Shown here: positions 25,076 to 38,537 of the stretch, piece by piece
How positions within the stretch are numbered: the first letter of the stretch is position 1
How the letters are laid out: each line of letters opens with the position of its first letter
Assembly: GCF_018977255.1 (NCBI RefSeq)
Contig: NW_024704743.1
Coordinates: 52,268,001-52,332,000, forward strand
Reading direction: 5' to 3'
Length of the DNA: 64,000 nt
Source of the DNA: Callorhinchus milii
Lineage: Eukaryota
Notes under the pieces: model-generated
What the model was told of the DNA's origin: nothing
Seen by the model: the letters and a program-made list of their open reading frames with translations, nothing else
Database searches by the model: none
Position numbers and translations under genes: made by a program

Positions 25076-26689
25076 GGATATTGAATTTTACAATACAATT
25101 TTACAATGCTTGTACTTGAACTTGCACTGTTATAATGGCCTTCACGTGGAATAAAAACCTTATGGCTCCTGTGATGAGGAGCAGTGAACTGAGAGAAGGG
25201 AGGGTGAAGCAGATTGACTAAAATTGTATCTGAAAATATGTTATTTCGATGTTTTTGAACGCAGGGAGAGAGGAAGTGAAGCTACGAGGTATTGAGTGTT
25301 CCAGAGGATAGAGCAATAGTGGCTGAAGGTTGGACACTGATGGTAGAAAAAGTTAGCAAGAGCACGCTTAAGCAATAATGAAAATTGGAGAAGTGTAGGG
25401 AATGGGCAGCAAGTTAAAGGAGATTGTAGGGTTATGGAGGAGTGCAACAGTGAAGGGATTTGAAGAATTTCTTGCTTTAGTGTTGTTGGGTTCTGAGCAA
25501 TGAACAGAATAAAACCGACTTATTCTATTCAGCCCACTTTTAATAAAGGCCCTGAGAACAGAGGAACCAAAGACACTCAACAACGTATGATTTGAAAATT
25601 ATTTTACTTAATAAGAAATGTTAAATTTGTTAGTTCAATTATCACTATACAACAAAGCAAGTTAATCACATATGTAAATGTTTATATTAAAATAATAAAA
25701 CGATAATTGTTCAGTCCATAAACCATACGAATCTTGCTTCTTTGATGGAATCAGTTGGTAAAATTCACGAAAAGCAGGCAAAAGTCTTGCATTAGACGAA
25801 AAGTCTCTTGCTTCAGACCAGAAACCTCTTGTTGGGTTTGTTTATTACAAAGTCAAAGTTGAATCTTCAATGGTGTACAGCTGAGCTGTGTACTTTATTC
25901 GACTGTTGTTATACATTGTTATTCTTCTCCTCCCGTTGTTTTTCAAATGATTTCAGATGTTCTGGAATTTCTGCAGTTTTCCTTCTTCCTGAAATTGCTG
26001 GAGTCAATGAAGGTTGATGCAACAATGGAACAGTCTAAGTCTGAAAGATTTTAACTCCCAAAGACAAGCACATTTGCCTCACCATTTCATATGAAAGATG
26101 ACTCTTGTGTGGACAGCACCTGATATGCTTTATCCTAGGCTGAATAAATTATAGTTCAACCATACAACTTTCATAATTGTTATTTCCACAGTTAGGATGA
26201 GCATGCAAAACCTTTCCATTATCATAACCCTGAAGGAATCATCTTACACAATCTACTATATCTGCAGAATAAAAGATAATCAACAAATTATAATCTGCAG
26301 AATCATTACTACACCAGCAGAATTGTTATTAAACCTGATTTGTTATAGAGAACATCTTTAATACAAACATGAATTTGTTATGAAAAACAAACTTATTAAA
26401 GTTTGTTAAAACTTATTCAACAAACGTCAGGTGTAATAAACACATCTTTTGACACTTTTCTAGCCTTCATCATCGTTTTTAACCTGTAATCAAAATGGTG
26501 TCTATTCAACATAAGTATTTGATTAAAATAATGCTTTCGACTACATGGGTAAACATATATTCCCAATTTCAGTTATGAAGTGGGATCACAACAGTATTTA
26601 CCAATCTAACAAAACAGTGGAGGAGGTAAGAAATTACTACAACTTCAGGCATAGTGATTTCTCGCATGGTTTTGTAGCACAGATGCTCA

Positions 26690-26820
26690 CAGAATCAAAG
26701 AATCATGGAATCCTACAGCACAGAAAGAGGCCCATTCGGCCCATTGTGCTGTGCCAACTCTTTGAAAGAGCTATCCAATTAGTCCTACTCCCCCAATCTT
26801 ACCCCATAGCCTTGGCAAGT
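26690..26820 (-). mobile_element. CR1 3' end fragment
   Basis: AGAATCAAAGAATCATGGAATCCTACAGCACAGAAAGAGGCCCATTCGGCCCATTGTG is an antisense CR1-type 3'UTR with short tail repeats. Confidence 0.75.
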
Positions 26821-26822
26821 CA

Positions 26823-27250
26823 TCAACAACAACAAATTACATTTGTATAGAACCTTTCACATCAGGAGGATGTACCAAGGTTCTGGACAAGTTGGTAGGG
26901 GGGGCTTAGGAGGTCACAGAGGTAGAGGGAGGAGCGAAGCCATGGAGGGCCTGGAAGGTGAGTACCAGGATCTTGAACTGTATCCTCTGAGTGATGGGAA
27001 GCCAGTGGATGGGGGTGATAGGCTTGTTGAGCCTTGTGCGGGACAGTACACGGTCTGCAGTGTTTTGGATGATCTGCAGTCTGTTGGAGGGAGGAGCTAG
27101 GGAGGCCGACAAGCAGAGAGTTTATCGTAGGCGAGCCTGGATGTGATGAATGGGTGGATGAAGGTCTTAGTGGCCTGGGGTGTGAGACAGTGGCGGAGTT
27201 CGGCAATGTTACAGAGGTGGGGAAAGGCAGAGTGGGTCATGGCACTTGCA
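26823..27250 (-). mobile_element. L2 LINE 3' fragment with an internal deletion
   Basis: RLQIIQNTADRVLSRT...HWLPITQRIQFKILVL; the coding part joins the tail directly at ~26889. Confidence 0.9.
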
Positions 27251-30046
27251 TCAGATTCTTCAGGAAGGGCGAGACATCTAAGAGTACAGTTAATGTATAC
27301 AGTTCATTGGACTTAAAATACTTGAAAAGCATCTTATTTTGTTTCACCCAGAAGGTACCTTGATATAGACTGACGTAGCATGACCAAACATTCTGAATCA
27401 AGGTCCTCCCACCCAGATTACAGGCACAAAGTGAAGTAAATATTATTTTGTTTCAGACAAAGAATAAATGGTTAAAGATTTTTCAAATCAATAACAATGA
27501 TGATAGCCTGATGGTTCCAACTGTCTGGGTTCACATTTGAAAAATGGCCTAATGGGTGAGGTGCCAAAGGGCAGACAGCACCTGTAGAACCACAACACGA
27601 AAATAACAAAATATAATTGGCAACTGCTATCAACACACAGCTCCAACTGAGAAGTTTACAGAACCGCAACACAGCATTAGTCAGCAACTTCAGCAGAGGA
27701 GAGAGGAACAACGAAAAAAACAACAAATTACATTTATATAGCTCCTTTCACGTGGGAAGGAAGTACCAAGGTGTTGGATAGTTAAGGGTTTGCACCCGAG
27801 CTGGGGTGGAGGGTAGGGGGCTGGAACTGGGGATGGGAGGGTGGTCGAAAGAACCTAGAGTGAGTAATGGAGTATAGAGGCAAAGACGAGGGCATTTTGG
27901 GAGCATGGCAACTCAGGTCAACTCAGGTAGCCAAACTCGCACGTCAAGATTAGGAGTGGGCGAACAGAGACTCCCTGCTCTGGTCTTCTGTATTCAGATG
28001 GTAATGACCATTCATGATCAGTTGATTAACAGTTTTCTAGATGTGTTGCTAAGTAATTAAACATCAATGGGTTTTATAGATGATGAAAACTCAAACATAT
28101 GCAAGGAATTTGAAAAACAGGAAAAGCAATATACCTGGAGTTAATGTGTAATTCTAACTTTCATTTATAAATCTGATTATAGTTGCAAGTCTTCATTTGA
28201 GAAAATGAAGTGAACTTTTCTCGTTAATCTCAGATACACGTGTCTCAATTCTCAGGAACAATTGATTCTCAATTATTAAATCAACGCAGGTAAACTGTAG
28301 CTGTGAAGATATTAGGTCCACAAATTTGCACCTGATGCTGATCTACAATTTTAGCAAGAAGCTGGCAAAGGACTCACTTTGTGTAATCCTGATAAAACAG
28401 GTTTGGGGGAAAACACACCTGCCCTATGGACATGAAACAATACAACGCTCTTTTCATTCATACAGCCATAGAAAATGAACACGCTGATTTATCAAAGAAA
28501 AGTACTGTTTTTATTGAATACCCTTTGATGTTGGTTGTCAAGCAAGAAAACTCAAAGTACCATTTCCTCTGCATCGTCAACAGAACTGTACTACCTGTTG
28601 ACAGTAGTTCAAATTGTCTTTTGAAGTACACTTTAATTACAAAAAAGCTTCATTAAAAGATGGATTCTGTTACAATCATAGCATATATAGGGGGCTATTG
28701 CAAATTTTAGTCTACTTCTTCCGTGAGAATGAAGTTCTGATCAGTCCCATTTGTATTCTAGCTGATGACTATCAGTCTGAAGGTGGAATGATCAGAACAA
28801 TTGTGACAGAAAACCAAATCCCTGCTGAATACTTTGCACAAAATAAACTTTTATCTCTGGTCCAAATTCTTTGAAGTGCCCAATTCTAAGCTTCCCAATA
28901 ACCATGCACACGTACTATATAAATAGTGCCAATATTTTTATGGATCATAGTCGGAATTAATGCGTGTTCTTTCTTGCAAATTCAGATACAATTACTTTAG
29001 AAATTATTACAGTTTCATATACCTTTGTTTCTGCCATGTTTCTTTTAAGTATAGATCATAATTGTGTATGATCCAGTTTCTCATGAGCTGAATATTTAAT
29101 GTGATACGGAAGCTGACATTTCAGAACAAAAATGTTATGTAGGTATTCACTTGTCTTGTGTTTCACATTGGTATAAGCTACTAATGTAACCAACAAAGCA
29201 TATTTCAGGGTAGTTACAATTCTCAGACAAATAGAGATTCGAGTTTTATATCATTACTCTTGAAAAAGAAGATAAACATGGATGTTTGTTAAGCTAAAGA
29301 GAGAATACATGTTTTCCTCATTAGAGAATCGCATTAAGTTCTACCAATAGCAAACCAAGTTCGATTTTCCCCTACATTTCTTAATACCCTAGGAAAAAAT
29401 TGCTTGCAAATAAGGAAAATTATACATATCTTTGGTAAATGAAAAATATTTACCACGATTGTAACTGTAAATAATTTTATTCAACAGAATACAGGTGATG
29501 TGAAACACAGAATGACTTTCAGCACTTTGGGACATCCTCCCTGCATGAAAAGCGCTCTATAAATGTAATTTTGTTGTTGTTATGTGATTGTAAATTCCTA
29601 AAATTAATATTCTATTTTTCATTAATTTCCTCAGCAGATCGTTTGAAATAAAACAATATATTGATAACTCTTATCCTGAGGGTAAACAGAAGATAACCTG
29701 ACAAACTACAACATTAACTCTCTTTGTTTCTTGTTCTCCCTAAGAATGAACGGTAGTCGCTCAAAGCTTTCCTGGTGACTGGTTCAGATCCCAAGAAAGA
29801 AATATCATTAAGCATGTTGAATAATTTAGCCTGTTACTGAAGACCTTATGGATCTTGAAAATCCAGCTAAGTTGTTTTGATCATTTGGAGATGCACTAGA
29901 GTCTTGTTTATGATGTGGCTTAATAGGATTCTTTAATAAGAAATACAAGTTGTGTAAATTGAGTTTTTTTTTAGTAACCAGAGGTATGCTACTTTGATCC
30001 ATGGGAAACCCTGTTCAGCCACAATCTCTTTCTGGGAAAGAGATCC

Positions 30047-30300
30047 AACAACAACAACTTTAATTTACATAATGCCCTTCACACTGGTAACATCTTGGAG
30101 CACTTAACAGCGGTGTAATTTGACACAGAGCTGGAAAGAGAGGGGAGGGACCTGAAGGAACAGTTGAAGAGAAAGGTTTTCTGGTGTGATTTTAAGATGG
30201 GGTAAGATGGGGGAAGAATGGAGGATTGAGAAAAGGAGTTCCACAGATTCTGGGCATAGTGGTGGAGCGGAGGGGATGATGGAGGATGTGAAGAAGAAGT
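30047..30300 (-). mobile_element. Old L2 3' fragment
   Basis: LWNSFSQ...LKSHQKTFLFN and (CAA)n tail. Confidence 0.75.
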
Positions 30301-32299
30301 CAACTAGAATTCTAATGGGATTCTTCAATAATTTATGTTGCAGAATGACCATAGGCTCTTAGGTACCTCCTTTCAGCCCACCTTCCTTGCTAGATGAATT
30401 TTGTACACTGAACCACCAACCACCACTATCATTGAGAGAAAGAGAAATCTAAAAGATTCCTCTCAACTCTGCTAAATCCCCATAATTTGAAACAAACAAC
30501 TCTGAATAAGGTAGCAAAGGTGGAAATGAGATTCAAAGGTTTGCTGTGATCTAAAAAAAATGGTGGAAATGGTTCAATAGACAGAATTCTAGTCCTTTTC
30601 CTGTTCTGAGTAAAGCAGATAGCACTGTATATGTGATAGAGTTTCCCATCGCTGGGATGGTGTGCTGTTGTCATTTGTGATCCCAAAAGCTTATTAAAAC
30701 ACGCAATTTTCAATCAAATAGCCTACCTTCAATTCTTCACACATATTTTGCACAGATATTACCATTCAATTTGACAAGTTTAAGTTCTGAAATGGAAGGT
30801 GCTTGACCTTTTATCTTTTTATGTTGAATTCATGAGCGGTTGGGTGAAGCTTTGTCACAACTTGTCATTAATTGGATAAGGTCCTTTATCTACAATCTGA
30901 AGAAATTGTGTTTCAAGCAGAAAATGCAAATGCTTATGTTAGTGTCATGAAAAATTATAGCTCCTATTTTGAATGTTCAGAGTAATGTAGCTGAAGTACA
31001 TTAAAACCGACTGAACTATATCATTATCTAGTGGAGCAGCAAGCAGATGGACCGATGCACTGTTACAAATGTGTAGGTTGGCCTGAAGTGATTGGAATCT
31101 CCTAAGAAGCAATGAGGTGGAAATGCAAAAGAAGCAAAGAAGTAGCCACTAGACAGAACTGAATGTTATTAGGCTACATCACCTCGAGAATTCTTCATTG
31201 TCAAAAGTCTATGAGAAGGGACAACATAGGAAAAGAATAACTAAAAGTAGGTCAAGTCCTACAATTTCAGAGTCATGTTAGAACTCAACAAATTTAAGTT
31301 CAAATTTCTAATGGGGGCTGAATTTGAGAGTTTTTCCTAAATCAACAAACGTTATTCAACACACACTTTATATTCGTGTGTGGAAGCCTGAGGAAAGGGC
31401 AATAAAAGAATGGCGTAACAGTGTTTCTGGAGAGGCTTATAAACAAAACACACCCACCATCATTACCAATCGAGAGGTAGAGTATATGTGGATGTTAGAG
31501 GGGCAGAATAATAAAAAATGAGCATTAAAAATCTTTTAATTATAAGATATAGATGAAATCTATTTTGCAACAAAAACATCACATAATTCAAAAAATATAG
31601 AAATTGCATGTTGTTTTCAGTGTTGCAACCCCATGTGAATTATCATGTAATTGCACTAAACACATAGGGAGCTGGTCACTGTGCTTATGGAGGGAACCCA
31701 TCATTTGAAGGGTACACGAACATTAAGGAGGGACAGTTACTCTACTAGAGTGAGAAGTTCGGTGACCTAATCACCTTTTTGCGTCTCAAACATTTTTATG
31801 GCATAAACCAAAAAATATTTCATCAAGAAAATTTACTTTGTTGGCTGACCAAAAAGACTGCCCACCACTGACTTAGGTCACAGTCAAATTAGTATGGTCA
31901 TATGAAGTCATCATAGATTTTGAAAGGATTTGTAAATAGCTTCAGAACAGGATTGGTCAAGTAATCAAATAGAATGGCTATTTGCATTGCCAAACACATG
32001 TCTACACATCAGAATGAGCTTTAAATACATGTAAGTATGATGTCTTGTTATAAATTCCTTTGTACCATTGACACTCCATTAGAAATCTGTGCCAAGTATC
32101 ATATAACACTGATTTGATCTCCCTGCTCTTTGGGTCCAGTCACAGAACTCCATGCACACTAAATAAGGAGAAAAATATAGCAAGACATCTTAGCTTAGCA
32201 AACAGATAGGTCTCTCATTACCTTGCAATATCTCTGTTTTGGTTTTGCATTCCTATCAGTGCTGTTACTGATAGTTTTCTGGGTCAGTTTGAGCACATC

Positions 32300-32732
32300 T
32301 GGGCTGGACATTCACTCAGTAGGTAACACTCTCACCTCTGAATCATAAGGTTGTGGGTTCAAGGATCATGTTGGGCTTGAACTCACATAGTTCAAGCTGA
32401 CACTCCAATGCAGTGCTGGGGGTGAGTTGCAGTGTTGGAGGTGCTCTGCTTCAGATGAAATGTTAAACCAAGGTCTTGTCTGCTTGTTTAGATGGATGTT
32501 AAAGAATCCAATTGCACTATTCGAAAAGAGAAGGGAGTTTCTCCCTGTGTTCTGGCCAACAATCCCCTGAATAAAATTAATCATTCATTTAATGGCTGTT
32601 GTGGGACATTGCTGTGCACAAATTGACTGCTACGTTCACCCACAAAATACACCACTTCCCAGTAAATCCTGTGAAGTACTTTGGGACATCCTGCCGACGT
32701 GAGGGGTGCTATACCAAATGCAAACAATATAA
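32300..32732 (+). mobile_element. Near full-length Deu-domain SINE, family B
   Basis: Head CTCAGTAGGTAACACTCTCACCTCTG...GGGTTCAAG, core CAGATGAAATGTTAAACCAAGGTCTTGTCTGC, tail CTTTGGGACATCCTGCCGACGTGAGGGGTGCTATA. Confidence 0.9.
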
Positions 32733-32792
32733 TAGGTGCTTTGTTTACTCCAAGAATCTTTGGCATGTCTTTGTAAAAATCAACAACAATCC

Positions 32793-32956
32793 AGGTGTCA
32801 GACTGGCTCAGTTGGTAGCAATCTCAAAGTAGCAAGTCAGAAAGTTATTGGTTCAAGTCCTACATTCCAGTGCACTGTGTGGAGTGCACTTCATTGTCCT
32901 TTAGATGAGACATTAAACCAAGGTCTCGTCTGCCTGTTCAGATGGACATTAAAGAT
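32793..32956 (+). mobile_element. Family B SINE 5' fragment
   Basis: GGTGTCAGACTGGCTCAGTTGGTAGCA...GGTTCAAGTCC...GATGAGACATTAAACCAAGG. Confidence 0.8.
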
Positions 32957-33499
32957 AAAGATGTTGTGTCCAAAGAATGAGTATTCTCCATGCATTTCAT
33001 CAATAAGATGTATGGGTCTCTGAAACACTTATGGGAATTGTGTTTGCAAACTATTAGGCATTAGCAAATAAGATTATCGTAAATTGGTGATGACGACTGC
33101 TCAGTAATGCATTCGTTAATGTTTGCCAGAAGGCTGCATTCTCCAAGTGAATTTTACTGCTACAGCCCAGTAGTTACATCACAGTTTAATTGGATCTGTC
33201 TGTTAATGACTGCAATCAATGTCATAAACTGAAACGGAGACCTCAAACAAATTAAGTGTTTTATTTTTATAAAATAAAGACACAATCTCTTGTACAGGCA
33301 GGCAAATACTAATGGTTTGGAATGAAAACCCCTCCATTGGGGTCTAGAGTGCAATAAACCGGATTTATTGTACCTGGTTTATGACTATTTGAATATAAAT
33401 GTGTGGCTGGCGAATCATTGGTGAGTAAATCGCAGGTTTGTTTCCAGCTGCTGTTGTGCTCCCCAGCCATGTATTCAAGCCTTCTGACTATCCTCCTGG

Positions 33500-33999
33500 G
33501 AACTGAACTGGCTCCAAGGTAAGATGCTTGGCAATAGAATGTCAAAATCAAGTTAACCCTTTGTGTCGGATTCAGTAGTCCAGTTCCTGAGCCAGGCAGG
33601 TCAGCATTATCCCATGGCACTGCTGATGATAGACTAGCTAGCCTGGTTCAATGGAAGGACTTGGAGAGGCAGCTTCTATTAACCCTGAAAGCTAAATCTC
33701 TAATGGCTATTGTGGTCCTAGCTGGACAAGAAGCAGGAAGCTTGCCAGATAGTGGATTCAATGGCATATGTTATGTTTTAGCAAATTAAACTCCAGCAAT
33801 ACCCTAACATACACTCTGTGATCTCCAAGCCTTGGCCCATGCCAATCTGTGCCTTTACTCTACCGAATTTGGTAAATAAGGTGTGTTTTTCTGGGAGGAG
33901 AACATGCATTCCATTTCAGACATGAGAATTTCTACATATAGGTGCTATACATGGAATTCTGTTTGGTTTAGATATGGTGATGGATTTCCAGATATATCA
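33500..33999 (+). repeat. Unclassified ancient repeat family C (long copy)
   Basis: GTCCAGTTCCTGAGCCAGG, GTCCTAGCTGGACAAGAAGCAGGAAGCTT, TTTTAGCAAATTAAACTCCAGC and ATGGTGATGGATTTCC are collinear with 56140-56582. Confidence 0.7.
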
Positions 34000-34373
34000 A
34001 TAACAACAAAATTACACTTGTATAGCACCTTTCATATCAGGAGGATATACCAAGGTGCTGGACGGTCAGTGTTTCAGACCCGAGTTGTGGTTGAGATTGG
34101 GGAGGGCGGAGGACAGGCTCGTAAGGAGGGTGACCAAAAGCATGATCGAAGAGCATTATCTTGAGATGGCCTTGAAGGAGGCAAGGGAGGGGGTGATGTG
34201 GAGGGACTGCGGGATGGAGTTCCAGAGGGTGGGGGCACAGCGGCTGAAGGCCCACCCACCAATGGTGTGGAATGTGAAGCAGGCCGGAGCCTGCTGAGCG
34301 GAGGTAGCAGGCAAGTTGGTAGGGAGTTATCAGGTCGCAGAGGTAGTGTGGAGTAAGGCCATGGAGGGCCTTG
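34000..34373 (-). mobile_element. L2 LINE 3' fragment
   Basis: KALHGLTPHYLCDLITPYQLACYLRSAGSGLLHIP and L2 tail. Confidence 0.9.
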
Positions 34374-35882
34374 TCAGATTCCTGGCTGCCCCCCCAAATG
34401 TCAGACTTTGCCAACTCTTTGCTGACCATGAATTGTAGTTTTTCAGAAATCGAAAGTCATACTTGATGCAAAAATCCAAATATTGTATTGCAAATTCCAG
34501 TCCATTGCCTTCTAATAATTGTTTTTCAAAATTAGAGTCCTGAAATAAAATCCACTTGAGGTGTATTAATTATCTTGCAAATGAATGACAGCTGCAATCA
34601 GGTGTAAATAGCCAAATTCTGGAGAACAATAACCCAACCTTGCAGTCCATATATCCATGTCACCTGGTTACATCAGAATAAGAAACCGCTACAAGAGAAA
34701 TAAACCTCTAATTCTTAACGACATTGGGGAACAGGTACGCATCAAGTGATAAGCGTAAAGTAGTGACCCCTCAGGTCCTTAAATTTTGCAGTTTAGACAC
34801 ATCTCTGCATCCAGTGGTGCCTCAGCAAAGATGTTTTCTGTCTTCTGCCAAGCTGTGCAATAGAATATCATGTCAATTTTGTACACAGTTTAAAGTTACA
34901 CTGTACAGGTGTCTAGTTAAGACTTGAGTTGAAAGATGGGCATGCAAGTACACAGCCCAGCACTTGTATCTGACACAAAGATCTCCCTTGTCTTCTGTTT
35001 AGTTTTTGCAGAGACCAGAAGCATCTCCTTACATCACATGCCGCTCATGTAACCAATACTAAGCCTTATCAACGTCAGCCTGCTTTCAAAAGGCTCTCAG
35101 TGGTTGTATTGAAGCATGAAGGCAGCTTCAGAGAAAGCAGCTCATTTTCAAAGCTGAGGGAAGGAAACAGGCCAGATTGCAGTCCTAGCAAAGTACCACC
35201 TGTCAGTATGCTTCACCACATCTGGCAATATCTGTTTACAGAAGAGCTGGTGACCGGGCATCTTCAGAGCATTTGTAACTGCAAAGTTATTCTTAGAATA
35301 AATGCCAAGGAACCATTACACTTCATCTGGAAAACTGGAGCTGCCTATTTTCCAGGGCTATTTCCAACCCTCGGAATGGAAAGAACGTTAAAGATTGCAA
35401 ATATATCTAAAAGGTAAATAATAACATTACTTGAAATTAATTTTTCATTTCATACATCTATTTAATTTATTGGATTATGACCAACAATACCTTTGCAAAT
35501 ATTTGGGCTACTTGTAACACACCCTAAAGAGGAGATTACAGATCATTGAAAATATTATTTCCCTTGAAGGCACAGAAAAAATGGATGAGTTACAACATTT
35601 CTGTAGCTGATTAATATTTTAAATAAAATGTTCACAACATTGAATTATTATCCATATATCGGCTCATATAATTGAGTTATATGAGCCGAGTATTAAAATA
35701 CCATTCCGGCGCTGGTCACATAAGTGGCTTATTTTATTGAAATCTTTCCTGTAACAGTTACTAGCACGGTCAGTCATGATGCATGCATTATTTAGTAAAC
35801 AGACATCTAATCTACATAATTAAACTCTCCAATGTTCAAGCATTGTTCAACAATAGCTGATATCTACACAAGATATACTGAA

Positions 35883-36288
35883 CAGCCTAGTTTAGTTGGT
35901 AGCACTTTTGCCTCCAAGGCAGCAGATTGTGGGTTCAAGCCCACGTTGGGAATTTAAATTTGTATCCCACGCTGACACTCATATGCAATGCTGGAAGAGC
36001 TTTGTGTTGTCAGAAGTACGGTACTTCTGATGGGACCCAAAAACAAAATCCTATTTGCCTGTGTGGGTGGACATAAAATATCCCACAATATTTGAAAAGA
36101 GAAGGGTTTCCACTGGTGTCCTGGCTAACAATCCTTCAGATAAAATTAGTCATTCCCTCTAGCGCTGTTTGTGAGACAATTCTGTGTGCAAATTGGCAGT
36201 CATGCTTCCGTACAAAATACACATCTGTGAAGTGCTTTGAGATGTCTCGACGACATGAAAGGTGCTATATCACATGCAAGTATTATTA
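35883..36288 (+). mobile_element. Deu-domain SINE, family B
   Basis: AGTTGGTAGCACTTTTGCCTCC...GGGTTCAAGCCC head; tail GTGCTTTGAGATGTCTCGACGACATGAAAGGTGCTATATC. Confidence 0.85.
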
Positions 36289-37214
36289 CTGAAATAAAAC
36301 TAATAAACCAGGGATAAGGTACATATTTATGTGTAATGACAAACATCCAGAGGTGTCTATCCCAAACCTACTGAATACTCCTAAAACTAACTCAAATTGG
36401 AGATAGCTGACAAAATAAGTACAGTATTTTACCAATTCAAGTTTCTGCTTCAATGTGACACCCAATTTGAAATGAAACTTTTCAAATTACAGCAGAGACT
36501 TTAGTTTCCCAGGGTTAATAAAAGAACTATACCGGCAGCAGCCTAACCAGCTTCTCTGTTATTAAAATATAGGGTATAACAAAAAAAGGGTTTGTAATAC
36601 AATGGAAATCTTTGTAAACTAGGATCAAAAGATCAAATGTTACACATTTATTACGTGTTGCAACTACGGATCACCAGAGCCAGCCAGATATGGACACATA
36701 GGCTGTTTATTACCACAAACGAGCCCTCAGCAGCCGCAACAGAGACATGCCACACTCCTTATCGCCACACAGTCCCAGACGGTGCAGGCTGGGTTCACTA
36801 TCGGTGACCTACAACCTGTCGTACCCAGAGGAAATAAAATGAACTCACTATTGAGGAAACAAACCCACTGTTGGGATGGATATCTAAGGAATAACAAGTC
36901 CAAAGAGGTTATTTCAAAATTGTAAGCGACCTTGGTGAGAACACGGCTAGATAGCACATTTGGATAAATCATCTGAATAGTTATTAGTTTAATTCCAGAA
37001 CGCAATGGACAGAGCTATGATGAAAAGTTATGATAACAATTTTACCTGAGAGAAAAGATAAAATTGCTTTGTTCCGGTGAAATAAACTCCCTACTCTTTT
37101 TGAATAGTGCCTATGGAGTCTTTAATGTGCACCTGAATAGACAGCCAGGACCTTAGTTTAGAGCCTCATCTGAGAGAGGGCACCTCTGGCAATGCAGCAA
37201 TCCTTCAGCAACTA

Positions 37215-37612
37215 CACCCCTCCTTCTAAGCCTCCATCTCATCTTTAACTGCACCAACAATAACATGCTCACCATTACCGACCTCACATGCCCATTATTC
37301 CAGTCCTTGACAGACTCCATTGACTCCCAACAGGTCAATTTCAGGATCCTACCCTGCTCTTCAGCTCGCCTACTCAGCTTGATAAATTCAGGCCTGCTAC
37401 ATGTTCACTTCCTTCATACCAACCGTACCTCCCTTCTTTTACTGTTCCATCTCACCCCCTTTCTGCCTATCTTTAAATCCCACCTAGGAATCTCTGACTA
37501 TACACATCATCTCTTGCCTCCTCCTTCCTCGCTCAGTGTCTTACACCATCCTTGTGAAGCACTCCAAATGTTATCCTATTTGAAGAACATTATATGAATG
37601 CAAATTGTTGTG
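37215..37612 (+). mobile_element. Old, degraded L2 3' fragment
   Basis: CCCAACAGGTCAATTTCAGGATCC (QQVNFRIL), LPIFKSHL, tail TGTGAAGCACT...TATATGAATGCAAATTGTTG. Confidence 0.6.
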
Positions 37613-38537
37613 GTTCCATTCTTCATCACATTCAATGTTTCATAAATTCAATAATGATATTTCGTATTTAAAATTGTGAAGAAATTCTGCAAATTAGATC
37701 CTTATTGAATTATAGGAATTCAGGGGAGTTTGCAAAATGTCAACACAACAAGCAGGTTAGGTAAAATAATATACATTAATGGCTACTGCAGACAGTGCAA
37801 GGGCTAAAAACTTTCCAAACTCAGGTGCTTCTCAGATCAAAAGAAAAAGAAATGCTGAAACAAGTGAAATGCATGCAAGGCACGACAGAAATCCACCTCA
37901 GATAACAATTGATGGAATTTTGCAATAATAAGGGATTCATCCTTGGAAAATCTGTAACAGCTGCACTTAATCCACTACTCATTTTGCCTTTCTCATCTAA
38001 ACTGTCTAATTATAAATTCCATTGAGCATTAACATCGCTTGTTTCCTATTTAATTCACCAATGAGATTATTTTGCTCCAGTCACTCCATGTAGTGCATCT
38101 GTTAATGTGGATTAAGAGTTATTCTCCACAGTAGTTTTTTTGTTTAATATTATGTTTTTTTATATTTTAAAATTGCATTAGAGTCATTTATAAGCAGTTT
38201 TGCAAAATTTACAAAACAAAACAAAATAAACCACAGCATCAAACGTGCTTTATAGAGTACGCTGGGGTGAAATTAGCCGTGTTTCAACTGTTTGATTATC
38301 ATGTTAAAAATGTTATCCCAAAGAGGAGAATATCCTCCTTTATTCACTTTTGGATGCAATTATTTATCATCCCTTGTGATCTCTTCGTCTCCCAGTCTGT
38401 GAGCTGTCAGCAATCCCTAATAAGCTTTTAACATTGGCATACATTGATAACAGAACAGCCTCTTTAAACTTAGGTATGTTTGGGCCATGTAGCTTCAGAA
38501 ATTCAGAGCATCATGTAGTTACATTTATCTTAAGTTC

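Noticed and set aside
25790..26040. Minus-strand terminal coding exon with AATAAA signals
   Set aside because: Weak pyrimidine tract, two alternative short frames, no recognisable protein and no upstream partner exons identified
36630..36925. ~95-codon open frame on + with CpG enrichment
   Set aside because: No good splice acceptor or early ATG, and no recognisable similarity; compatible with chance
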